Below are positions 21,602 to 30,518 of a stretch of DNA of 32,000 nt, piece after piece (positions within the stretch are counted from its first letter, which is position 1; each line of letters opens with the position of its first letter). The position numbers and the translations under genes are program-made. The notes beneath the pieces are model-generated. The model searched no databases. It saw nothing but the letters and a program-made list of their open reading frames with translations, and was not told the origin of the DNA. The DNA lies in NCBI RefSeq assembly GCF_000260965.1, contig NC_017856.1:270001-302000 (forward strand), given 5' to 3'. This DNA is from Methylophaga frappieri. Its GTDB lineage: Bacteria > Pseudomonadota > Gammaproteobacteria > Nitrosococcales > Methylophagaceae.

Positions 21602-22741
21602 TCAGCTCAGAATCAGTTCATTGTCCACATCTTTATCATCGTGGCTGGCATTGAGTCGAATTTCCAAACTCAAGTCGTTACGTGAATCAGCGTTGCGCAG
21701 AGCTTCTTCTTCGCTGATTTTACCGTCCTGATAGAGTTTAAGCAGCGCTTGATCAAAGGTAATGGTGCCAGGTTCACTGCTTTCTTTCATGGCTTCTTTA
21801 ATACCGGAAATATTGCCTTTGGCGATCAGTTCCGAAATATAGGGGCTGCTTAACATCACCTCTACCGCAGGCATCAAGAGATCATCATTCCCCAGTATTA
21901 AACGCTGCGAAATAATTGCCCGCAAATTTAATGACAAATCAGTGAGTAGCTGCCGATGCATGACTTCCGGGAAAAAGTTCAGAATTCGATCCAGTGCCTG
22001 ATTTGCATTATTCGCATGTAATGTTGCCAAGCATAAATGGCCTGTCTCTGCGTAATTTATTGCGTGCTTCATGGTTTCCATGTCACGCACCTCACCAATC
22101 AAAATGACATCAGGCGCTTCACGTAAGGCATTTTTCAAGGCATTTTCGTAAGATAAGGTATCAATGCCAACTTCGCGCTGTTGAACGATGGATTTTTGAT
22201 GATTGTGAACAAACTCTAACGGATCTTCAATCGTCAGAATATGACTATTACTATGCTGATTTCGATAGCCAATCATCGCAGCAAGCGACGTCGACTTACC
22301 ACTACCCGTTGAGCCGACAACTAAAATCAGGCCACGCTTTTCCATCACGACTTTACCTAAAACCGGCGGCAGGTTCATTTCAGCAAAGTCAGGAATATGT
22401 GTCCGGATATAACGAATCACCATTGAGGTTTCGCCACGCTGTTTGAAGACATTTACCCGAAACCTCCCAACACCGGAGAGTGGCACGGCAAAATTCATTT
22501 CGAGCGTGGTTTCAAATTCCGTAATTTGTGGCTCATTCATGAGCGAATAAGCCATCTCTTTTACATCGCCGGGAGCGAGATTTTTGCTGCCCACAGGACG
22601 AATGACGCCCTGAATTTTGATTTGGGGTGTGGTGCCGGTACAAAAAAACAAGTCTGATGCCTGTTTATCTGCCATCAGCCTCAAGTAAGGAGTCATATCC
22701 ACGTTGTTCATTCCATCGTCAGCCATCACTTTTTCCGGCAT
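21602..22741 (-). CDS. pilU: PilT/PilU-family type IV pilus retraction ATPase, PilU-like
   Basis: 379-aa ORF with Walker A GSTGSGKST, Walker B/Asp box ILIGEVRD and His box TGHLCLATLHAN. The region that carries AIRNLIRE in PilT reads YISELIAKGNISGIKEAMKES, which is PilU-like. The start is uncertain: in-frame ATGs occur at codons 1, 6, 11 and 16, and none has a good SD. Confidence 0.8.
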   Translation of the reverse strand: MPEKVMADDGMNNVDMTPYLRLMADKQASDLFFCTGTTPQIKIQGVIRPVGSKNLAPGDVKEMAYSLMNEPQITEFETTLEMNFAVPLSGVGRFRVNVFKQRGETSMVIRYIRTHIPDFAEMNLPPVLGKVVMEKRGLILVVGSTGSGKSTSLAAMIGYRNQHSNSHILTIEDPLEFVHNHQKSIVQQREVGIDTLSYENALKNALREAPDVILIGEVRDMETMKHAINYAETGHLCLATLHANNANQALDRILNFFPEVMHRQLLTDLSLNLRAIISQRLILGNDDLLMPAVEVMLSSPYISELIAKGNISGIKEAMKESSEPGTITFDQALLKLYQDGKISEEEALRNADSRNDLSLEIRLNASHDDKDVDNELILS

Positions 22742-22786
22742 TCAAGCTTAGCAGAAGCCCCGCCCATTACGCCATGTAAACCGTCT

Positions 22787-25700
22787 TTAATAACGTACCA
22801 GAACTTGCGCGCAATCAGCCAAATCGCCAAGCGATTTAAGTAAGGTATCCGTGGGCGTGATTTGCCAATCATCTCCTAGGCGCAACATCACTTCCGCCTC
22901 CTGATTTCGATATTGCAATTCCAACGGCATTACTCCACCCGCAAATGGCGCAATTAAGCCCTGTAATTGACTAATCCATTGCGGATCAGCCGGCGGCGAA
23001 ATGTGCAATTGCAACGCCTTACCATACAGTTCCCGCGCTTTTTGCATGTCATAGACTGCCTCTGCAGTCGCCGCCAATCCACCTGTAAAGTTGTCTTGGC
23101 CAATCTTACCCTTAATAACCACCAGTTTGTCCGGTTGAATGACTTGCTGATATTGTTCATACACATCGGCAAAAACACGTACTTCAAGTCGTGCTGTCTG
23201 ATCATCAAGGGTGATAAACGCCATCCGGCTTCCGCTTTTGGATTTCATTGTGCGAATCGCTACGATAAGGCCTGCCGTCAGCACGGGCTTTTCGTTACGT
23301 TGATAGCCTTTAGACTCAGGTGCATCTAGATCAGCGATTTGTTTGGGAATGAACAGAGCCAATTCATTTTTAAAACGATTAATAGGATGCCCACTCAAGT
23401 ACAAGCCAAGGGTTTCTTTTTCGGCCTGAAGCAGGTGTTCTTCTGACCAAGCAGGAACCGTATCCAGCGTCTCGGTTTGTGTGCCATGATGCGACTCGGC
23501 TGCCGACAGCCCAAATAGATCATTTTGACCGCTATCCTGATCACGCCGATGCTGTTCTGCAATTTGCAGTGCCCTGGTCAAACTGGCTTCCAGACTAGCC
23601 CGATCACCACCCAGAGAGTCAAAAGCCCCTGCTTTCACGAGAGACTCCATAACGCGTCGATTGATTTTTTTCAGCTCGACTCGCCGGCAAAAATCAAACA
23701 AAGATTCAAAAGCCTTTCCTTGAGCGCGTTCCGCCACAATCCCTGCCAGCGCCGACTCTCCTACCCCTTTAATCGCACCCAGTCCATAGCGAATGGTCTG
23801 CGTATCTTCAACGGTAAACTGGATCTGACTGAAATTCACATCTGGTGGCAGTACATTGAGTCCCATATCGCGACACTCATCAATCAACCCCACGACTTTA
23901 TCGGTATTATCCATATCCGCCGATAAAACCGCTGCCATAAATGCCGATGGATAGTGTGCTTTTAACCAGGCGGTCTGATAGGCCACCAGCGCATAGGCTG
24001 CAGAGTGAGATTTATTAAAGCCATATTCAGCAAACTTTTCCATCAAGTCAAAGATGGGTTCTGCCTGCTCTTTACCAATATCACGCTGCTCTGCCCCGGC
24101 GAGAAATATTTGCCGTTGCTTGGCCATTTCTTCCGGCTTTTTCTTACCCATAGCACGGCGCAGCATATCCGCACCGCCCAGACTATAGCCCGCCAACACC
24201 TGGGCAATCTGCATTACCTGTTCTTGATAGACAATGACGCCATAGGTCGGTTTAAGGACAGGCTCAAGGTCTGGATGCGGATAATCGACCTTGGCACGAC
24301 CATGTTTGCGGTTAACGAAATCATCGACCATCCCCGATTGAAGCGGCCCTGGCCGAAACAAGGCAACTAACGCAATAATATCCTCAAAGTTATCCGGTTG
24401 CAGTCGTTTAACCAGCTCTTTCATACCTCGAGATTCAAGCTGAAAGACAGCGGTAGTCTCGCAGCGTTTTAATAAGGCATATGTCGCTTTATCATCCAGC
24501 GGTAAACGGGCAATATCAATCGTGTCTTGTTCGGCTGGCAACAGTTTTTTGGCATTCTCTACCGCCCAATCAATCACGGTGAGTGTTTTCAAGCCAAGAA
24601 AGTCAAACTTCACCAACCCGACACTTTCCACATCATCTTTATCGTACTGCGAGACCAATCCCGCCCCGTTATGCTCACAATAAAGTGGTGTGTAGTCAGT
24701 CAGAGTTTTAGGCGCAATCACGACCCCACCGGCATGCTTGCCGACATTGCGTGTCAGCCCTTCCAGTTGCAGGGCCAGATCAATCAAGGTTCGGACTTCT
24801 TCTTCCTGATCGTAACGCGCTTTTAACTGTGGCTCTTGTGCCAAGGCTTTGGTCAGAGTCATTTTGAGCTCAAATGGCACGAGTTTGGCCAGTTGATCCA
24901 CAAATCCATAGGGATGTCCCAGTACCCTGCCCACATCACGTAGAACAGCTTTGGCGGCCATGGTGCCATAAGTAATGATCTGTGAGACGTGGTCTCTACC
25001 ATAACGTTGTGAAACGTATTCAATTACCCGATCCCGACCATCCATGCAGAAATCCACATCGAAATCGGGTAACGACACCCGTTCGGGGTTCAAGAATCGT
25101 TCAAAAAGTAAGTCATAAGCGAGTGGATCAAGATCTGTAATATCCAGTGCGTAAGCAACCAGTGACCCTGCCCCTGACCCCCGACCCGGTCCAACGGGGA
25201 CCCCGTTGTTTTTTGCCCATTGAATGAAATCGGCAACGATCAGGAAGTAGCCGGGAAAGCCCATCTCATTGATAACATCCAGCTCTGTTTGCAAACGTTC
25301 GGCATATCTTGAGTACGCGGCCTGACGTGCGTTCTCATCCGGAAACAATACAGCCAGACGCCGATCCAGGCCACGGTAAGATTCTTCCGAGAAAAACTGT
25401 TCTATGGTTAATCCCTCTGGTACCGGGAAATCTGGCAGATAATGCTCACCCAAGGTCAGCTCCACACTGCATCGCTTCGCAATTTCAACAGTGTTGGTCA
25501 AGGCTTCTGGTATATCAGAAAACAAGGTTGCCATTTCTTCCGGACTACGCAGATATTGCTGATCTGAATACAAACGCGGACGCCGAGGATCATCAAGCAA
25601 ACGACCTTCATGGATACAGACTTTCGCCTCATGTGCTTCAAACTGGTCTGGCGTTAAAAAACGAACATCGTTACTGGCAACAACAGGCAAATCCAGATGG

Positions 25701-26263
25701 CGAGCGAGCGCCAATGCGCCCTGATTAAATCGCTCCTCATCGTCACGACCAGTGCGGGTCAACTCCAGGTAAAATCGTTCTGGAAACAATGACGTCCATA
25801 TTTCTGCCTGACTAACTACATCAGCTTCACGTTGACTTAAAATGGCGCGACCGAGGAGCCCGTCCCGTCCGCCGCTCAGGCAAATCAGTCCGTCGGTTTG
25901 TCCGTCAAGCCAAGACATTTGCAACATAGGCACACCGAGCTGTTGGCCCTCAATATAGGCTTGGGAGAGTAATCTGGACAGATTGTGATAGCCGGTCATG
26001 TTCATGCATAACAAAACAAAACGCAGGCTTTTCTTACTGTCACTCGGATCCGCAAGACGCAAATCCGCGCCAAGAATGGGCTTAATTCCCGCTTGCAGGG
26101 CCGCAGAATACAGTTTGACTGCGGCAAACAAATTATGTTGATCGGTGATGGCCACGGCCGGCATGCCAGCGGCTGCGGTAGCTGACACAAGTGGTTTGAC
26201 CCGAACCAGTCCATCGATCAAGGAATAATCAGTGTGTAAATGCAGGTGAACAAACTCTGACAT
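22787..26263 (-). CDS. dnaE: DNA polymerase III subunit alpha
   Basis: About 1158 aa. The PHP domain starts MSEFVHLHLHTDYSLIDG. The pol III alpha core has FDFLGLKTLT and GFNKSHSAAYA. The ATG at 26263 is preferred over the TTG at 26278. Confidence 0.98.
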   Translation of the reverse strand: MSEFVHLHLHTDYSLIDGLVRVKPLVSATAAAGMPAVAITDQHNLFAAVKLYSAALQAGIKPILGADLRLADPSDSKKSLRFVLLCMNMTGYHNLSRLLSQAYIEGQQLGVPMLQMSWLDGQTDGLICLSGGRDGLLGRAILSQREADVVSQAEIWTSLFPERFYLELTRTGRDDEERFNQGALALARHLDLPVVASNDVRFLTPDQFEAHEAKVCIHEGRLLDDPRRPRLYSDQQYLRSPEEMATLFSDIPEALTNTVEIAKRCSVELTLGEHYLPDFPVPEGLTIEQFFSEESYRGLDRRLAVLFPDENARQAAYSRYAERLQTELDVINEMGFPGYFLIVADFIQWAKNNGVPVGPGRGSGAGSLVAYALDITDLDPLAYDLLFERFLNPERVSLPDFDVDFCMDGRDRVIEYVSQRYGRDHVSQIITYGTMAAKAVLRDVGRVLGHPYGFVDQLAKLVPFELKMTLTKALAQEPQLKARYDQEEEVRTLIDLALQLEGLTRNVGKHAGGVVIAPKTLTDYTPLYCEHNGAGLVSQYDKDDVESVGLVKFDFLGLKTLTVIDWAVENAKKLLPAEQDTIDIARLPLDDKATYALLKRCETTAVFQLESRGMKELVKRLQPDNFEDIIALVALFRPGPLQSGMVDDFVNRKHGRAKVDYPHPDLEPVLKPTYGVIVYQEQVMQIAQVLAGYSLGGADMLRRAMGKKKPEEMAKQRQIFLAGAEQRDIGKEQAEPIFDLMEKFAEYGFNKSHSAAYALVAYQTAWLKAHYPSAFMAAVLSADMDNTDKVVGLIDECRDMGLNVLPPDVNFSQIQFTVEDTQTIRYGLGAIKGVGESALAGIVAERAQGKAFESLFDFCRRVELKKINRRVMESLVKAGAFDSLGGDRASLEASLTRALQIAEQHRRDQDSGQNDLFGLSAAESHHGTQTETLDTVPAWSEEHLLQAEKETLGLYLSGHPINRFKNELALFIPKQIADLDAPESKGYQRNEKPVLTAGLIVAIRTMKSKSGSRMAFITLDDQTARLEVRVFADVYEQYQQVIQPDKLVVIKGKIGQDNFTGGLAATAEAVYDMQKARELYGKALQLHISPPADPQWISQLQGLIAPFAGGVMPLELQYRNQEAEVMLRLGDDWQITPTDTLLKSLGDLADCAQVLVRY

Positions 26264-26344
26264 GGTCTCGGAAATCAATTAAAACAAAAGTGAAATCATA
26301 GCACTCCAGCGTCATTATCACGCTGGACAAATTCCCAAAAAAAC

Positions 26345-27394
26345 TTAAACCAGTGTTCGTTGGGGCTCGGCAGGCGGATGTAGATCCGTCATGAGATTGA
26401 CCGCCTGTTGCCACTCAGTACTGGCTTGCAATGACTGCCAGGACTGAGGATGACGACCATGCAGGCGAAGTAACCTCATCTGTCTCAACGGATCTGGTGC
26501 ACACTGTAATCCATCAAGCACCTGAGCGGCTGCAGTCGGATCATTACACACCAATGCCATATCGCAGCCCGCAGCCAAAGCTGCTTCAGCTCGAGCCAGC
26601 ACATCACCCGCAATCGCAGCGCCATTCATGCTTAAATCATCGCTGAAGACTGCGCCCTGAAAGCCAATTTTTTTGCGTAATACATCCTGAATCCAATAAC
26701 GCGAAAAACCGGCAGGTTGTGTATCACAGTCTCGATAAACAATATGCGCAGGCATGACGCCCGCCAGAACTGGACTTAACCGCCGAAACGGCACCATATC
26801 CTGCTGCCATAAGGTATCGAATGGACGTTCATCAATGGGCAACCCTTGATGCGAATCCACCGTCACGGCACCATGACCAGGAAAGTGTTTGCCGACCGCT
26901 GACATCCATGCCGCTTTCAAACCTTGAACAAAAGCGCCGGCAAGCTTACTGGCAGCATCGGGATCCGGATGAAAGCTGCGATCACCGATAACCTCACTGA
27001 CGCCGTAATCGAGATCCAGAACTGGGGCAAAACTGAAATCAACACCGACTGCTCGTAATTCTGCCGCCATTAACCAACCAGCCGTTTGCGCCAGTTTTAA
27101 CGCATGCTGTGGATGCGCCAACAAATGTTTACCAATCGCGGCCATCGGTGGTAGCCGGGTAAACCCATCACGAAACCGTTGTACCCGTCCGCCTTCATGA
27201 TCTACCGCAATCAACAAATGTGGTTGTCGCAATGCATGGATTTGGTCGGTCAAGGCCGCTATCTGTTCCGGAGACTGGTAATTCCGCGTAAACAAAATGA
27301 CACCGCCGACCAAAGGATGTTGTAGCCTTTCTTTTTCCTCAGCGGTCAACGCCGTCCCGGCAATATCCAACATCAGCGGCCCAAGTGACATCAT
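26345..27394 (-). CDS. nagZ: Beta-N-acetylhexosaminidase NagZ (peptidoglycan recycling)
   Basis: 349-aa ORF with the GH3 NagZ motifs GGVILFTRNY, IAVDHEGGRVQRF and KHFPGHG. Confidence 0.93.
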   Translation of the reverse strand: MMSLGPLMLDIAGTALTAEEKERLQHPLVGGVILFTRNYQSPEQIAALTDQIHALRQPHLLIAVDHEGGRVQRFRDGFTRLPPMAAIGKHLLAHPQHALKLAQTAGWLMAAELRAVGVDFSFAPVLDLDYGVSEVIGDRSFHPDPDAASKLAGAFVQGLKAAWMSAVGKHFPGHGAVTVDSHQGLPIDERPFDTLWQQDMVPFRRLSPVLAGVMPAHIVYRDCDTQPAGFSRYWIQDVLRKKIGFQGAVFSDDLSMNGAAIAGDVLARAEAALAAGCDMALVCNDPTAAAQVLDGLQCAPDPLRQMRLLRLHGRHPQSWQSLQASTEWQQAVNLMTDLHPPAEPQRTLV

Positions 27395-27400
27395 ATTTTT

Positions 27401-27892
27401 CTACTCTTCAATTAATACCGGTAACCCGGTAAAGACCTGATCAAACAAGGTCAGTAATGATTGATTATGCATACGAATACAACCATGGGAGTGAGGGCTA
27501 CCCATAGGCTCGGTATCGGGCGTGCCGTGGATGTAGATATAACGCCGCATCGTATCCACGTCTCCCAAACGATTTTTCCCCGGCTCAGTACCACTTAGCC
27601 ATAGGATTCGAGTTAATATCCAGTCACGCTCAGGCGCAAGCTGTCCCAATTCTGGAGAATAAATTTCCCCCGTTGGCCGTCTACCCCGAAAAACAGAATT
27701 TTTAGGTAAACCAGCCCCTATCTTGGCGCGGATGATATGCCAGCCGCGAGGTGTGCAACCTGAACCATTTTTTTCACCCGGACCTTTTGCCGCCGTGGAT
27801 ACAGCTGCAGAAAATACCAATTTATCTTGCAGCCACAATTGACAGTGTTGTTGGCTTAAATCGATATACAGATAATCTGGTTGTTCAGACAT
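27401..27892 (-). CDS. L,D-transpeptidase (YkuD) family protein
   Basis: Carries the catalytic motif HGTPD...SHGCIRMHN. The ATG at 27892 (MSEQPDY) is tentatively preferred over the TTG at 27943. Neither has a convincing SD, so the N-terminus is uncertain. Confidence 0.8.
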   Translation of the reverse strand: MSEQPDYLYIDLSQQHCQLWLQDKLVFSAAVSTAAKGPGEKNGSGCTPRGWHIIRAKIGAGLPKNSVFRGRRPTGEIYSPELGQLAPERDWILTRILWLSGTEPGKNRLGDVDTMRRYIYIHGTPDTEPMGSPHSHGCIRMHNQSLLTLFDQVFTGLPVLIEE

Positions 27893-27947
27893 GAAACGAA
27901 TACGGCGGCAAAGAAACAATTGCCGATACGATACCAAAGCCAAGCGC

Positions 27948-27959
27948 GTATCGCGATAC
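27948..27959. promoter_or_regulatory. Perfect 12-bp palindrome GTATCGCGATAC, a candidate operator
   Basis: Read directly. Additional CGATAC half-sites lie at 27924-27934 (a tandem pair sharing one base) and at 28011-16. A weak minus-strand promoter (TTGATT-N17-GAGTAT) would place the palindrome at its -10/+1. Confidence 0.3.
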
Positions 27960-28034
27960 TCTCGTCGACGCTTTACCTAATCAAGGATATTTCGTGAAGC
28001 GATGAAACCTCGATACCATTTGGAGAAAACCCAA

Positions 28035-28973
28035 TTAATTTTTACGATTTCCCAACCATTGATAGGGCAGAAAAATAAGCGCAACCAACAAAAAAGCGAT
28101 GCCAGACAACCATGCATACAAATCATAATCAATGGTTATAGAGCGCGTTTTAGCATGAGAACGCATCGTTTTGTACAAGCGCTCGGGACTCTGAGGTGAA
28201 GAGGTAAAACCAAATCCGACACGAGAGGCCAGTGTTTCCAGATGACTCGTTTTTTGAGAAGATAAATGCTCAGTTCGCGGTTTTCGGGCGTTGGCATCAG
28301 CCATATCACCACGACTGGAAGCATAAACATCAACATGCATCACATCATTAACGTCCCAAACGCCATCAATGACACCTTGTTCATTGGTTTTGGGTATCGG
28401 CAATAAATCTTTTCCTCCAACACCAACTATTACACCGGGTATCTCACCTGGCGTCCCCTGGAATTTAGGAAATAAACTTTCATGAACTGGTGGTGACTCA
28501 TGCCCATCCGTCATAAAAATAATGGTCGGCTTTGGTGTAATCTCGTTTGCCTGACGAATAGCCGTGTATATGGCTTTTGAAACTTCGCTTGAACGCACCC
28601 AAGCCATTGAAGGTTCAATCGTATTTAACATCTGCATCAAATCGTTGTAATTACGGCAGACCTCTACCGGGTTCATTAAGATTAACGCTCGCGCCTCACT
28701 AAAAATCGCCAAGCCTGCATGTGCGCCACAAGGCATTTCCAGAAAGACTCGCCGCGTAAACTCTTTCGCCCAAACCAGACGACTCACTTTTTCACCGTCT
28801 AAAACAGCATCCTCAACGTTCATACTATCGGTTACATCAAGTACGAATAACCCATCCATTATATCGACATCACTTGGTACAGAAGGTAGCCACAGTGCTG
28901 CAGCAACAAGGCCTAGAGCAACCAACATGAATAAGGCTGTTAATCCAATTCTTAAACGATAGCTAATTGTCAT
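28035..28973 (-). CDS. Membrane-anchored von Willebrand factor A domain protein (MxaL/BatB-like)
   Basis: 312-aa ORF with N-terminal TM GLTALFMLVALGLVAAALW. The vWA core has a MIDAS-like DVTDS and a later IIFMTDGHE. The C-terminal TM is WLSGIAFLLVALIFLPY. It overlaps the upstream gene by 4 nt. Confidence 0.75.
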   Translation of the reverse strand: MTISYRLRIGLTALFMLVALGLVAAALWLPSVPSDVDIMDGLFVLDVTDSMNVEDAVLDGEKVSRLVWAKEFTRRVFLEMPCGAHAGLAIFSEARALILMNPVEVCRNYNDLMQMLNTIEPSMAWVRSSEVSKAIYTAIRQANEITPKPTIIFMTDGHESPPVHESLFPKFQGTPGEIPGVIVGVGGKDLLPIPKTNEQGVIDGVWDVNDVMHVDVYASSRGDMADANARKPRTEHLSSQKTSHLETLASRVGFGFTSSPQSPERLYKTMRSHAKTRSITIDYDLYAWLSGIAFLLVALIFLPYQWLGNRKN

Positions 28974-29509
28974 GGTAAATCTATCTTAAAAGCTTTACTT
29001 TCGATCGAGCGTTGGCTGCTAATTTCATTTTTTTCAAAATCACTTTCCAAGTCAGGATCTTCAGGTACTATTCTTAATGCTACTTCGAGGTTATACCGCG
29101 CCTCCCAAAGGTCCGCATTTAGTTGCAAAGCTGACCGGTAATCTTGTTTCGCCAATTCAATCAAAGGAAGCAAGCGGCCATCCGCCGAACTCATTGAAAG
29201 TGCCTTGCGCAAATTAATATTTCCACGGTTGTAATAAACTTCAGGCAAAGCCTGATAGTTTGAAAAACCTAATGCCAGTGTCAGATTCTCCAACGCTTTT
29301 TCCGTTTCCATGTCTTTAACTAATTGAGCCGCTTTGGCGGAATAGGCTCTCGGGTTATCCGGTGTCGCCTCATGGAGACTGGGGTCCGCGATATAACGGT
29401 TAAGTTGCTCCTGTTGCCAACCTAACGCTGCCGTACTGATTAACCAAACCACGCTAGCGATAATGACAAAAATTAACATCCAATGTACGAAACTCAGTAC
29501 TTTACTCAT
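28970..29509 (-). CDS. Membrane-anchored TPR-like repeat protein (MxaK/BatC-like)
   Basis: 179-aa ORF with N-terminal TM WMLIFVIIASVVWLISTAALGW. TPR-like helices follow (YYNRGNINLRKA..., QDYRSALQLNADLWEARYNLEVALR). It overlaps the upstream vWA gene by 8 nt. Confidence 0.65.
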   Translation of the reverse strand: MSKVLSFVHWMLIFVIIASVVWLISTAALGWQQEQLNRYIADPSLHEATPDNPRAYSAKAAQLVKDMETEKALENLTLALGFSNYQALPEVYYNRGNINLRKALSMSSADGRLLPLIELAKQDYRSALQLNADLWEARYNLEVALRIVPEDPDLESDFEKNEISSQRSIESKAFKIDLP

Positions 29510-30518
29510 GCGCTTTCTGGACCCCCCAATAACTATATGTGTGCGATGCCGCCAAAATTAATAACGCAAACAGTGCTAACCATAAAAAAACGTCACTTTT
29601 TGGCTCATGTGGCAAGGTTTCTTGAACCAGCAAAGGCTGATACTGTTGGCGATCAATTTCATCCAGCGCGTCAGCAAAGCTCTTTAATGAGCCTGCCTCA
29701 AAGGCTCGATAAGGCACGTCTATAGATTGAAAAAAATCGTGTAGTTTTCTCTCTGGTATATCACTCCAAAGCGCACTTTCTCCTGGCTTTGGCTCTAAAG
29801 ACATTTCAACGCGTGATTTGAGGTATATCCAATAAATGCTTAGGTTTTCCTGCTGATATAGTGCCGCAATTTCTGTTTTGGCTTGCTCACTGAGCTGTTG
29901 CCCACCATCAGAAACTAATAAAACAATTCGTGAACCACGATACGTTTGGTTCTCAAACATTTTGGCTGAACTTAATAAAGCATCAGCCATGTTTGTGTCT
30001 GATAATCCTTTCCCAAGAGCATTAGCGGCTATTGTGGCAAGCGTAGCGTCTTTACTGTAGGTGAGAGGTAGTAAATTAACGGATTTAGTGCTGAAGAAAA
30101 CGAAACCAAAACGGTCATCTGGTCGCTTGCGAACAAACTCGGTCAGGTAATCTTTCGCTATCCGACGCTTTGAGTTATCCCCTCCCACGCTTACCGCAGC
30201 CGCTTGCGTTTTCACGGCAAAAGGATCATCCATGCTTCGACTTCGATCCAGTAACAGGACAATCTCAGCGCCTTCACCTAACCGTTCTACTTTTTTTTCT
30301 GGCACTTCTGGCGCGGCTAAAGCCAGCAGTAAGCTAGCCATCGCTAGTGTTGTCATACTTTTTAAGAAAATACTGATAAACCGTGAAACAGGATCATTGG
30401 GAACCAAAGATACCCAGGCAACCGTTTTATCAAGATTATGATTAAACCAAGGGAGAAGCGCTAACGGTAAAAGTAATAACCAATACGCAGCATCCCACTG
30501 TAATCCGAACAGCATCAT
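29502..30518 (-). CDS. BatA/MxaC-like von Willebrand factor A domain membrane protein
   Basis: 338-aa ORF with a BatA-type N-terminus (YWLLLLPLALLPWF plus a second TM). The MIDAS is complete: DRSRS, then T in GLSDTNMADAL, then D in LLVSDGG. The C-terminal TM is VFLWLALFALLILAA. Confidence 0.8.
   Translation of the reverse strand: MMLFGLQWDAAYWLLLLPLALLPWFNHNLDKTVAWVSLVPNDPVSRFISIFLKSMTTLAMASLLLALAAPEVPEKKVERLGEGAEIVLLLDRSRSMDDPFAVKTQAAAVSVGGDNSKRRIAKDYLTEFVRKRPDDRFGFVFFSTKSVNLLPLTYSKDATLATIAANALGKGLSDTNMADALLSSAKMFENQTYRGSRIVLLVSDGGQQLSEQAKTEIAALYQQENLSIYWIYLKSRVEMSLEPKPGESALWSDIPERKLHDFFQSIDVPYRAFEAGSLKSFADALDEIDRQQYQPLLVQETLPHEPKSDVFLWLALFALLILAASHTYSYWGVQKAHE

Noticed and set aside
22967-25728. 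Plus-strand ORFs of 99-139 aa inside dnaE (22967-23329, 23525-23926, 24005-24370, 24527-24826, 25309-25728)
   Set aside because: They lie antisense within a highly conserved gene. They have no SD, their composition is biased and low in complexity, and they carry no recognisable motifs. These are typical shadow ORFs.
26306-26326. Perfect 7-bp stem-loop CCAGCGT-N7-ACGCTGG between nagZ and dnaE, considered as a terminator
   Set aside because: On the transcribed minus strand it is followed by AGTGCTATGATTTC and not by a T-run. It may be an RNA-stability element or a chance hairpin. There is not enough to call a terminator.
26229-26414. 61-aa minus-strand ORF bridging the nagZ 3' end and the dnaE 5' end. 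The 64-aa ORF at 15344-15538 overlapping eno is a similar case.
   Set aside because: Both overlap strong genes out of frame. Neither has an SD or a recognisable domain.
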